The translations under genes were made by a program, and so were the position numbers. A DNA stretch of 31,703 nucleotides from a virus (lineage: Duplodnaviria > Caudoviricetes), in the IMG/VR virus record IMGVR_UViG_3300044723_010971, positions 1 to 31,703 of that record. One strand, written 5' to 3'. Each line of letters opens with the position of its first letter. Position 1 is the stretch's first letter. Below, in pieces: positions 1 to 8,414 of the stretch. Below the pieces are notes generated by a model. The model did not search any database, had not been told where the DNA came from, and worked only from the letters and a program-made list of their open reading frames with translations.

Positions 1-133
1 ACGTAAACCTGGATCCAAATCGTAAATTGTAAAACGGACACGGGGACTGGGGAAAAAGTTTTGACTTTGTTACGACGCCGTATGGCTTATTTTTCGTATA
101 TAACACAAAACCTCTATATATCTAACAAAAAGT

Positions 134-180
134 GTGACGTTAGGTGCTTAATTAAGTATTTAATAAGGGGCTAATGTCGC
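134..180. repeat. Imperfect inverted repeat enclosing a palindrome
   Basis: GTGACGTTAG (134-143) and CTAATGTCGC (171-180) are complementary at 8/10 positions, and the other two are G-T. Perfect palindrome CTTAATTAAG at 147-156 lies between them. Confidence 0.5.
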
Positions 181-194
181 GTAATTATATGCAT

Positions 195-434
195 ATGGCG
201 CAAAAATTATCAAGAACGGCTAGAGCCGCTAAAAAAGCTCGTGATTTAAGAGAAGCGAAGACTAAAAGACGTACTACCATGCGTGCTGAGAATCAAAAAA
301 AGCGCCGCGAGGCTATTGCGAAGGGTCAAGATATACGTGGAAAAGATTATGACCACAACTCAAAGCGGTTTGTGAGTGTAAAAACTAATCGCGGTGGCCA
401 CGGAAGAGGAACGAAGAAGTATAATACCAAATAA
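195..434 (+). CDS. Small Lys/Arg-rich protein, possibly a degenerate HNH-like or DNA-binding protein
   Basis: ORF 174-434; ATG at 195 (MAQKLS) is the more likely start. Very basic. GKDYDH...VS..TNRG loosely resembles a shortened HNH core. Confidence 0.6.
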   Translation: MAQKLSRTARAAKKARDLREAKTKRRTTMRAENQKKRREAIAKGQDIRGKDYDHNSKRFVSVKTNRGGHGRGTKKYNTK

Positions 435-501
435 TTTACGTAAAAAACGCGCAAAGCGCGTGATTATTATATAAAACCAAGTTAAACTTAAAACCAAAAC
501 C

Positions 502-795
502 ATGACTTTTTATTACAGAAGTGCATCGTGGGGTAATAACTCCGATGTAACCGAGAAAACCGCTAATTTTTGGAAGCATTTAGCCCAAAAAAGCAACTGG
601 CGAATTGTTGAACTACCAAATGGGTTCTTTCAGACCGAATACAAGGACATCGACACCGATAATTGGCTCGATGTAACACGTCGCGAGACGATTGAGGCGG
701 CAGAAAGAGCAATTGACAAGAGCATTGAACATTACAGTAAGAAAATTTCTTTTATTAATGGCCCAAAAGTAGTCAAGACATTCGAAAAAGAGTAA
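502..795 (+). CDS. Hypothetical phage protein, 97 aa
   Basis: Clean ORF after an A/C-rich leader (aaaccaaaaccATG). Globular composition, no recognised motif. Confidence 0.75.
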   Translation: MTFYYRSASWGNNSDVTEKTANFWKHLAQKSNWRIVELPNGFFQTEYKDIDTDNWLDVTRRETIEAAERAIDKSIEHYSKKISFINGPKVVKTFEKE

Positions 796-817
796 AATCA
801 CACCAAAATTTAATTTA

Positions 818-2386
818 ATGGAATTTAATAACCCAAGTCAGATTGTAAAAGATCTGCATTTTGGCAGCAATGCCAGAGAAAAAGTAATAAGCGGCGTTAC
901 CAAGCTTACTAGTGCAGTTAAATCTACCCTAGGCGCCTCAGGACACTGTGTTGTTTATGAGGACGCCATGGGTAAACCAGTAATTACGAAAGATGGCGTT
1001 ACCGTCGCAGAGAGCGTAGTACTCTACGATCCTGTGGAAAACATCGGGGCTACACTAATAAAGGAAGCCGCTAAAAACACAGTGAAGGAAGCGGGTGATG
1101 GTACCACTACGGCCACCGTCCTCGCTCACTCGCTGTTGATAGAAGCAAACAACTATGTGCAAGATTATACCGTACGTGAATTAAAGCAAGGTATATACAA
1201 AGCACAGGATAAAGTATTGAAGCTACTAGATAAGAATGCTATCGAGGTTAATAACGATATGCTTAATTCAGTAGCCACCATCAGCTGTAACAATGACGCG
1301 GAACTCGGTGCAGTAATAGGCGAGGCGTACGCAAGAGTTGGTAAAGACGGCGTTGTGCTGATGGAAGAATCAGAGACCGAAGAAACATATGTCGAGTTTG
1401 TCGACGGCGCCCAGATCGAGTCTGGTTTAAAGTCACAACATTTGGCCACAGATAAAGATAAGGGCGTTGCAGTACTCGATATGCCGTATGTACTTATTGT
1501 CGATTCACCCATACCTAATATACGTAAGATACAAAACGTATTAGAGCATGTAATTAAGCAAAACGCTTCATTGTTGATTGTAGCAAGCCTAGAACAACAA
1601 CCAATGGCTACTTTAATTGCAAATAAGGTAAAGGGTAATATTAAGGTAAATATCATTGATACACCGGGCTTTGGCCCAACCCGTCGTGACACGGTCGAAG
1701 ACCTGGCATTTTTGACGGGCGCGAAAGTTATGTCGGAGGAGCTAGGTGATGATTTAGACCTTATATCACCTGATTGCTTGGGCCGTGCCGTAAAAGCAGT
1801 GACTGACAGCAATAACACTGTGCTACAGATTAGTGAGCTTGAAGTAGACCTCAGCGAGCGAATTGCACAGGTAGAAGAAAAAATTAAAAACGAAACCAAC
1901 GGTTATTTAAAGAAAAAGCACGAATCTAGATTAGCAATGCTGAATGGTTCGGTAGCAATTGTAAAAGTTGCTGGCTATTCTAAGATTGAGCTTAAAGAAA
2001 AGAAAGACCGTGTTGAAGATGCCATATATGCAGTTAAGGCGGCATTAAAAGAAGGCATTGTGGCAGGAGGAGGTTCTGCACTACTTTATGCATCAAACAA
2101 GCTAAAACCCCAGTCAATCGGCGAAACGATCTTACAGCTCGCCATACGCGCTCCATTTAATACGATTCTATCAAATGCCGGGCTACCTACGCCAGATGAT
2201 ATTAATTTGGCTAAAAATGTAGGTGTTGATGTTGTAACTGGTAAAACGGCTAATATGGTTCGTTTGGGAATTATTGACCCTGTCTTGGTAACAAAAACTG
2301 CGCTGAAGAATGCAGTAAGCGTTGCAACAACAATATTGTCTGCTGATTGTGTAATTAATAACATGCGCATCGATGAAAGCAATTAA
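818..2386 (+). CDS. groEL: Phage-encoded group I chaperonin GroEL (Cpn60)
   Basis: ITKDGVTVA, AGDGTTTATVLA ATP-binding motif, PGFG..RR, EKKDRVEDA, EGIVAGGG, GIIDP..VTK.AL.NA.SVA. 522 aa with no GGM tail. Confidence 0.97.
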   Translation: MEFNNPSQIVKDLHFGSNAREKVISGVTKLTSAVKSTLGASGHCVVYEDAMGKPVITKDGVTVAESVVLYDPVENIGATLIKEAAKNTVKEAGDGTTTATVLAHSLLIEANNYVQDYTVRELKQGIYKAQDKVLKLLDKNAIEVNNDMLNSVATISCNNDAELGAVIGEAYARVGKDGVVLMEESETEETYVEFVDGAQIESGLKSQHLATDKDKGVAVLDMPYVLIVDSPIPNIRKIQNVLEHVIKQNASLLIVASLEQQPMATLIANKVKGNIKVNIIDTPGFGPTRRDTVEDLAFLTGAKVMSEELGDDLDLISPDCLGRAVKAVTDSNNTVLQISELEVDLSERIAQVEEKIKNETNGYLKKKHESRLAMLNGSVAIVKVAGYSKIELKEKKDRVEDAIYAVKAALKEGIVAGGGSALLYASNKLKPQSIGETILQLAIRAPFNTILSNAGLPTPDDINLAKNVGVDVVTGKTANMVRLGIIDPVLVTKTALKNAVSVATTILSADCVINNMRIDESN

Positions 2387-2630
2387 TTACCATTTAATCA
2401 TAGACAAAATAAAAGAGGCGCCGAAGAAAGTAGGCGGGCTTGAATTGACCGAAAATCAAGATAGTGACATTAGGTACTTAAAGGCAACAGTAATATCTGC
2501 CGGTAACTTAGTGGAAGGTGTTAAAGATAATGATATAATTTATTATGATCGTCACGCTGGTCACGGAATACAATTTGGCGATAAACTTTATTATGTAATA
2601 AAAGCAGGTGATATAGTAATAGTAGAATGA
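2373..2630 (+). CDS. groES: Co-chaperonin GroES (Cpn10)
   Basis: MKAINYHLII..., mobile-loop-like KKVGGLEL, KATVISAG, D.IYY.RHAG, YYVIKAGDIVIVE. Overlaps the groEL 3' end by 14 nt. Confidence 0.9.
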   Translation: MKAINYHLIIDKIKEAPKKVGGLELTENQDSDIRYLKATVISAGNLVEGVKDNDIIYYDRHAGHGIQFGDKLYYVIKAGDIVIVE

Positions 2631-3067
2631 GACTTACTGCTTCAGACATAAAAGAAATGAATTTATTTAAGTATTACAGGCTCGTTCGAAAATGGGCCTG
2701 TAAATCTAATGGGCTAAAAGATGCAGATCTTGAGCTACTTATATTTCTAGACTGTCAAGGCCACTTTACAATACAAGGATTTAAAGACGGTGAATACATA
2801 CACTCATGGGATAAAAACCGATGGGAACGACTCCGACGAGAAGGTTGGATAGATGTATGGAGACACCGCAATCGCACTTCAATCAAATACAGTATATTTA
2901 AAACATCGATGCGCACTCAGCTATTGATTAAGCGTATCTATAGAATTTTGCTCGGTGAGGAAGATATTCCTACAACTGAGGCAAACGTATTTTATAAAAA
3001 CAAAACATATACTGATAAAGTCTTTAACAAGGCAATTGACGATATGATTAAAGACAAAAACAGATGA
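2627..3067 (+). CDS. Putative winged-helix (MarR-like) DNA-binding protein
   Basis: ATGA overlap with groES. The pattern L..ADLELLIFL...FT...WERLRREGWI.V...wing resembles wHTH folds. Function is inferred. Confidence 0.55.
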   Translation: MRLTASDIKEMNLFKYYRLVRKWACKSNGLKDADLELLIFLDCQGHFTIQGFKDGEYIHSWDKNRWERLRREGWIDVWRHRNRTSIKYSIFKTSMRTQLLIKRIYRILLGEEDIPTTEANVFYKNKTYTDKVFNKAIDDMIKDKNR

Positions 3068-3225
3068 ATATTCCAATTACTAAACGTGTTATGATGGGTC
3101 GCAGTCAAAAAGGCTGTGGGTGTGGGTGCGATTGTCAGTGCGGAAAAACCCCTGCAAAAAAAGCGTTAAAAGGTGACCAAGACACATTGCCACAATTTTT
3201 GCAAGACGCTATTAAAGCTTCGTAA
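3064..3225 (+). CDS. 53-aa Cys-rich small protein (absent from the ORF track)
   Basis: Hand translation: MNIPITKRVMMGRSQKGCGCGCDCQCGKTPAKKALKGDQDTLPQFLQDAIKAS*. ATGA overlap with the upstream gene, and it fills the gap to the next ORF. Confidence 0.75.
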   Translation: MNIPITKRVMMGRSQKGCGCGCDCQCGKTPAKKALKGDQDTLPQFLQDAIKAS

Positions 3226-3234
3226 AGTATTAAT

Positions 3235-3621
3235 ATGTCATTTAAGCTAAAGCGTAAAGGAGAGCTACTCGGTATTAACGAAGAATTGTCTTGTTACAGC
3301 CACCCTGTGTTTGAAAAAGACTTAGGGCCTAATGTTATTGCAGAGGCAAATCGCGACGGCACTACCTTTGTAAACAAGAACGCGTCAATGCCCCAAAAAA
3401 AAGATGCTATTGCCCACGAGAATGTTCATCATGATCAAATGCAACAAGGTCGGTTACAATATACGGATGATACCGTTATGTGGCGAAAAAATCCAACTGA
3501 CCGCATGCGGGTATATCATAGAGACCAAGGCGTTTTAACAGAAAAAGGTTCACCTGCAAATAAAGAAATAGAAGGATCACCTGCTTTGGAATGGGAAAAA
3601 GAAGCAGATAAATTATCATAA
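3235..3621 (+). CDS. Putative zincin-like metallopeptidase
   Basis: HExxH motif (AHENVH) after a beta-hairpin segment. Downstream WEKEA offers a possible third (Glu) ligand. Confidence 0.6.
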   Translation: MSFKLKRKGELLGINEELSCYSHPVFEKDLGPNVIAEANRDGTTFVNKNASMPQKKDAIAHENVHHDQMQQGRLQYTDDTVMWRKNPTDRMRVYHRDQGVLTEKGSPANKEIEGSPALEWEKEADKLS

Positions 3622-3623
3622 TT

Positions 3624-4130
3624 ATGGGAAGTAAACCAATTACACAGCGCGCAAAATGCAACTACAATAGAATGCCAGGCCAGCCAGAAGTAACCGTGGA
3701 TGCTGCCGGCAAACAAAGAGCTAGTTTTCCGTCATCGGCGCCAAGGGCTATTGGTAAACAAGTGAGCGGGTTTGACCCGAATAAAACTTTTGCCCCATCG
3801 CTAAATTTTTCTGCTAATCAACAACTAATTCAAGGCGCCAATACCAATGCTGCCGGCAATGCTAGAATTCAAATTACAGCGCCAGGAACAGGCAATGATA
3901 ATGAAGGTGAAAATTCAACAACTAATATTGATAAGCCCACAACTGCCATAGGTGTTTATGAAAGAGCTGGCCAGATGAGAAGAAACTATATGGCGCAGTC
4001 TAGGCAAGAAGCGAAAGGCATGGAAGGTAAAGCTCGCAGAGATTATATGAAAGGCCAACGCCAAAAATCAAGACAACTAAAGCATAAATATATAGGTGAT
4101 GAATTAGGCACTTGGGATATAAATGAATAA
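3624..4130 (+). CDS. Hypothetical low-complexity protein, possible internal virion protein
   Basis: 168 aa, hydrophilic and G/A/N/Q/R-rich, starts 2 nt after the previous stop. Confidence 0.7.
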   Translation: MGSKPITQRAKCNYNRMPGQPEVTVDAAGKQRASFPSSAPRAIGKQVSGFDPNKTFAPSLNFSANQQLIQGANTNAAGNARIQITAPGTGNDNEGENSTTNIDKPTTAIGVYERAGQMRRNYMAQSRQEAKGMEGKARRDYMKGQRQKSRQLKHKYIGDELGTWDINE

Positions 4131-4206
4131 ATTTATTTACCGTTAGCATAATACTATTGTTATAATGCCTATATTTATATAGTTTAATCTATTAAAATAT
4201 AATATT

Positions 4207-4566
4207 ATGAAAAATTTATTTATTGCTTTAGCTTGTTTATTTAGTTTTAACGCATTTGCTCAAAGAGAATATTTTAGCCAATATGCGGAAGGTATGTGGG
4301 GGTGTGAAGATTGTTTAGATATTTTAAATATAAGACATACCGAAGAAGGAACTCCTATTGTAGAATTTTTTACAGGGTTTAATGGAAAATTACAGCAGGC
4401 TAATATTTTAGAAAATTCACTTAATAAACTTGTAATAGAGCTTTATACTCCATCAACTAATTGGTATGTAAAAATACTTTTTTATTTTGAAGATAATTTA
4501 TTAAAAGCAGACCTTTCTGGGTCTATTAAAATGATAGAAACTTATAAAAGAATAACTATAAACTAA
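4207..4566 (+). CDS. Exported protein with Sec signal peptide
   Basis: MKNLFIALACLFSFNAFA|Q has a basic N-terminus, hydrophobic core and AFA cleavage site. DNA is visibly more AT-rich than its neighbours. Confidence 0.75.
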   Translation: MKNLFIALACLFSFNAFAQREYFSQYAEGMWGCEDCLDILNIRHTEEGTPIVEFFTGFNGKLQQANILENSLNKLVIELYTPSTNWYVKILFYFEDNLLKADLSGSIKMIETYKRITIN

Positions 4567-4580
4567 CAAAAAAAAATATT

Positions 4581-5348
4581 ATGGCACGAAAAGGATGTGG
4601 TCCTTATAATTTAGGGGCTCCAAAAACAATAGCAAAACAGCTAAAAGGAAACGTAGCTGGTCCTTCAACGGAAGAAGAAAGCAAAAAAAACCGTAAAATT
4701 GGAGGCCCGATGGTTGATCAGGCAAATGAAAATATTCAGCAAAGACACGCTGCTTTTGAAAAAGCAAAGGCCAAAGGTGCTCAACCCGGAACAGATTATG
4801 ACAGTGACGGGAATGAGCGCAATTATGTTGAATTTAATAATCAACGCTACTATCCGGGGGATCAAAATCGCCGTCAGCAACGCGCAAAGGCTATAAAAGA
4901 GGGCAAATATGATAATTGGGAAACGGGTCAGCGTTATAATAACAAACATAGTTATGATTATAAAAATAATGTTTTAAATGTAACAAACCCCCGGACTGGC
5001 GATAAAAAAGTTAAGCAAAATTTTGACCCAAAGCATTCAGCCAACCGAGATGCAAGCGGGGCATATAACCCGTCTTTAAGCCAACGAGGGCAACTAGGCA
5101 ATAGAGATAAAGCTCTTTATGACCAAAGCAAAGGCAATTACAGCAGCCGGGAAAGCCAAGCCGCTCAAAGCGTAATAGTAGAACATAAAACTGATAGTAT
5201 TGGTGATGCCCACGGCGCTCAATCTCGCCAAATAGTAAATAAGGCATTAAACAGCCTTTTCCCTCCGTCCCCTAATAATAAATTATCATCAGCGTTTAAA
5301 ATGCAAGGATTTATGAGCAAAGCTATAGGGAAAAAATATAAAAAGTAA
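4581..5348 (+). CDS. Hypothetical hydrophilic protein, possible internal virion protein
   Basis: 255 aa, K/N/Q/G-rich, almost no hydrophobic core. Confidence 0.7.
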   Translation: MARKGCGPYNLGAPKTIAKQLKGNVAGPSTEEESKKNRKIGGPMVDQANENIQQRHAAFEKAKAKGAQPGTDYDSDGNERNYVEFNNQRYYPGDQNRRQQRAKAIKEGKYDNWETGQRYNNKHSYDYKNNVLNVTNPRTGDKKVKQNFDPKHSANRDASGAYNPSLSQRGQLGNRDKALYDQSKGNYSSRESQAAQSVIVEHKTDSIGDAHGAQSRQIVNKALNSLFPPSPNNKLSSAFKMQGFMSKAIGKKYKK

Positions 5349-5353
5349 TTATT

Positions 5354-5647
5354 GTGGCTTATACTCAAGAACCTAAAAATTCTGCATTTAAAAAACTACG
5401 TAAGACCACCAAAGGTAAAGGCCGGCACTTCCTTACTGCTAAGGAGGGTGCTGGTATGACCGAGGCTGGGCGTAAGGCTTATAATAAGGAAACTGGCGGT
5501 AATCTTAAAGCACCTCAACCAGGTGGTGGTAAGCGTAGAACTTCATACTGTGCTCGCTCAAGAGGGCAAATGAAAATGCATAATATTGATTGCAGTAAAA
5601 CTCCAGATAAACGTATCTGCGCAGCACGCCGTAGATGGAAATGCTAA
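5354..5647 (+). CDS. Small basic conserved phage protein (DUF6321-like)
   Basis: GTG start. G.T..GR.AYN.ETG.NLKAP...RR.SYCAR...RRW.C matches, from memory, a widespread phage family. Not verified by search. Confidence 0.65.
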   Translation: MAYTQEPKNSAFKKLRKTTKGKGRHFLTAKEGAGMTEAGRKAYNKETGGNLKAPQPGGGKRRTSYCARSRGQMKMHNIDCSKTPDKRICAARRRWKC

Positions 5648-5650
5648 GCT

Positions 5651-6082
5651 ATGGGAAAGAAACCATTTAAAGAAACGGCCGTAGGTAAATTCTTACTTAA
5701 TAAAGTACCGGGGCTTATCGGTGACGTATTGCCAGATAAAGGAGTGCTGGGGATTGTTAAAAATCTTATTGATGGCGATGAGTCTATTTCTGCCGAAGAA
5801 AAAGCTGCATTAAAAAAAGAGCTTTATGAAATAGAAGTTGCCGACAGAGACAGCGCTCGCAAAAGAGAAGTAGAGATTAAAAAAGCAGGCGGTCAAGATT
5901 GGATGATGTTTGTCACCGGGCTTGTAGGGCTTGCTTCTTTTGTATTTACTATCTATGCTGTTGTATATGTGCCTTCTGTTACTGACAATGACTTATTTGT
6001 TCATTTGATGGGTATGATAGAAGGGGTAGTAATTTCAAATATATTCGCGTACTATTACGGAACCTCATCAGATAAAAAATAA
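5651..6082 (+). CDS. Putative holin
   Basis: Amphipathic N-terminus, EVADRDSARKRE helix, two hydrophobic TM segments, C-terminal YYYGTS. This layout is typical of a phage holin family. Confidence 0.65.
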   Translation: MGKKPFKETAVGKFLLNKVPGLIGDVLPDKGVLGIVKNLIDGDESISAEEKAALKKELYEIEVADRDSARKREVEIKKAGGQDWMMFVTGLVGLASFVFTIYAVVYVPSVTDNDLFVHLMGMIEGVVISNIFAYYYGTSSDKK

Positions 6083-6795
6083 TGGCTAGAATAAGTACCT
6101 ATGCGATTGATACAAACGTAACTTCCCAAGACAAGTGGATAGGTACAGATTCAAATGGCAGTGTTACTAAAAACTTTACTCCAGAAGGCGTAGCAGATTG
6201 GATCAACTCTGCAAATGCTGTTGGTATTGCTGGCCAAATTAATTATAAGTTTCAAGCTGATTTAACTGGTGGTCGTGCTTCTGGCACAGTTTCATTTGAT
6301 GGGGGAGGTGGTGATAATACCGCCTTTTCTGCTATTACAACATTTAAACTAAGTAAATATAATTCAGGAGAAGTATTAATAATTAACTTTTTAAATGTTT
6401 TAGAAGATGAGTATGTGTTGTTTTGTCAAACAGACAATATAAATAATTTTGGTGTTTATAAAATAACGGATATTACACGAGATATTGATGAAGCTGATTT
6501 TTATGATATAACACTAACCTTAGTTGCTTCAAATGGCAATTTAGTAGACGAACAATATTATTCTCTTATTTCGTGGCCTTATAATGCAGGCGAAACAAAC
6601 GACAAGCATTACACTCATAATCAAAACAACGCAAGCGTTACTTGGAATGTAACACATAATTTAGGCAAGCGCCCATCTGTTAGTGTGGTGCTATCAACAG
6701 GACAACAAGGCGTTGCTGATGTACAATATATAGACGATAACTCATTAACAATAACACTCATTGCTGCGGAAAGCGGCAAAGCATATTTAAACTAA
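6082..6795 (+). CDS. Virion fibre/decoration-type protein
   Basis: MARISTY...DKWIGTD N-terminus, beta-rich T/N/D composition, C-terminal W.VTHNLGKRPSVSV domain seen in phage fibres. Confidence 0.65.
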   Translation: MARISTYAIDTNVTSQDKWIGTDSNGSVTKNFTPEGVADWINSANAVGIAGQINYKFQADLTGGRASGTVSFDGGGGDNTAFSAITTFKLSKYNSGEVLIINFLNVLEDEYVLFCQTDNINNFGVYKITDITRDIDEADFYDITLTLVASNGNLVDEQYYSLISWPYNAGETNDKHYTHNQNNASVTWNVTHNLGKRPSVSVVLSTGQQGVADVQYIDDNSLTITLIAAESGKAYLN

Positions 6796-6801
6796 CAAAA
6801 C

Positions 6802-8403
6802 ATGGCAATTCCTTTTTTAAATCACTTAGACCTTAGGAGCGTATCGGAATTACGAAATGCGCTTTTGCATTTAACAACAGAAGCCTCTGCGTCAAATGTA
6901 GAAGGTAAAATTATTTATGATACAGGTTCAGATACTATTAAATATTATGCTGGCGCTAGTCATCCAGATGGAGGAGGTTGGGTATCACTTGTTGGGAATT
7001 CTGGTACAGTAACTTCAGTAACATCCGGAGACACTAATACAATAACAATTGGGGGGACAGCCGCTGATCCTACTGTTGCCGCTAATACAGCTGCCGTAAC
7101 TAATGGCTCTGCTAATCTTGCTACTGGTGATCAAATTTACGATTTTGTTATTGGGCTTGGCTATATTACAGGCAATGAAACGATAACATTGTCGGGTGAT
7201 GTTACAGGCTCCGGAACAACGGCGATCACAACTACTATTGCTTCTGCTGCTGTTGAATCTGGCATGCTTAATAATAATGTTATTTCAGGGCAAACAGCTT
7301 TAACAACTGGACTAGTTAGCACTGATGAGCTTTTAGTTAGTGATGCCGGAACTATAAAAAGAATGGACATTAGTGTATTAGAGGCTTATATGCAATCAAA
7401 CCTAACATTTACTAATGACACAAACACCACATACGACTTTAGTTTAGCCGCTGTTTCTGGCAACGCTACTGTTTTAACATTAGATGCTTCTGCGGGTGAC
7501 GATGATACCGTAACGTTTGAGGGAACAACTAATGAAATTGAAATAACTACGCCTGCTACAGGTGATGCAGGGACAGTAAAAATTGGTTTACCAGATGACG
7601 TAACTATCGGCAATGATTTAACTGTACAAGGAGATCTTACTGTAAACGGGGACACTACAACAATTAGTACTACAAATCTAAACGTTGAAGATGCGCTTAT
7701 AGGATTGCAAGCCGAGCTCACTGGGGGTAATACTAATGACATTGGTATTATTATGGAGCGTGGCACCACTGGTGATAACGCAGCATTTATTTGGGATGAG
7801 AGCGCTGATAAATTTACTTTAGGGACAACTACAGCAACAGCTGCTTCTACCGGATCAATTACAGTAACATCTGGTACTCTTGTTGCTGCACTTGAGGGTA
7901 ATGCTACTACAGCAACTACCTTGGCTAATTCAAGAAACTTTTCTATAACAGGCGATATAACAGCAAGTGCAGTATCTTTTAATGGTTCTGGCAATGTTGA
8001 GTTAAACGCTAACATAGATGCAAATGTTGTTGGGGCATCAGAACTTAATGTTTCTGGCAATGGTACTTCAGGACAAGTTTTAGCCTCTGACGGCGATGGA
8101 ACTTTTTCTTGGGTTGCTCAGAGTACAGATACAAACACTCAGTTAGCAACAGCCGCGGCACTTATTGACGTTAGCGCAATGGGCAGCAATACTACTGCTT
8201 CATTTACGCATAGCTTAGCTTCTAAAAACTTAATTGTACAAATGTACGATGTAACAACTGGAGAAGTTGTTTTTGCAGATATTGACCATACAAGTAATAA
8301 TGCAATATCAATTATATTTGCATCAACTCCGACTAACGATATTAGAGTAGTTGTAATTGACGCTAAAAACGGACTTACAGATAAGACAGTAAGTTATTCA
8401 TAA
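6802..8403 (+). CDS. Tail/head fibre protein
   Basis: T/G/S/D-rich, 533 aa. LSGDVTGSG, GNATTATTLA, NGTSGQVL.SDG.G..SW fibre motifs and a C-terminal THSL domain. Confidence 0.75.
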   Translation: MAIPFLNHLDLRSVSELRNALLHLTTEASASNVEGKIIYDTGSDTIKYYAGASHPDGGGWVSLVGNSGTVTSVTSGDTNTITIGGTAADPTVAANTAAVTNGSANLATGDQIYDFVIGLGYITGNETITLSGDVTGSGTTAITTTIASAAVESGMLNNNVISGQTALTTGLVSTDELLVSDAGTIKRMDISVLEAYMQSNLTFTNDTNTTYDFSLAAVSGNATVLTLDASAGDDDTVTFEGTTNEIEITTPATGDAGTVKIGLPDDVTIGNDLTVQGDLTVNGDTTTISTTNLNVEDALIGLQAELTGGNTNDIGIIMERGTTGDNAAFIWDESADKFTLGTTTATAASTGSITVTSGTLVAALEGNATTATTLANSRNFSITGDITASAVSFNGSGNVELNANIDANVVGASELNVSGNGTSGQVLASDGDGTFSWVAQSTDTNTQLATAAALIDVSAMGSNTTASFTHSLASKNLIVQMYDVTTGEVVFADIDHTSNNAISIIFASTPTNDIRVVVIDAKNGLTDKTVSYS

Positions 8404-8414
8404 TAATTTAATTT

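Noticed and set aside
1165-2382. Long minus-strand ORFs (244 aa, 98 aa) opposite groEL
   Set aside because: Antisense shadows of a codon-biased gene; S/T/I-rich with no motifs.
7161-8060. Minus-strand ORFs (69 aa, 224 aa) opposite the fibre gene
   Set aside because: V/P/S-rich mirror of T/G-rich codons. The other minus-strand and nested alternative-frame ORFs in the track are rejected for the same reason.
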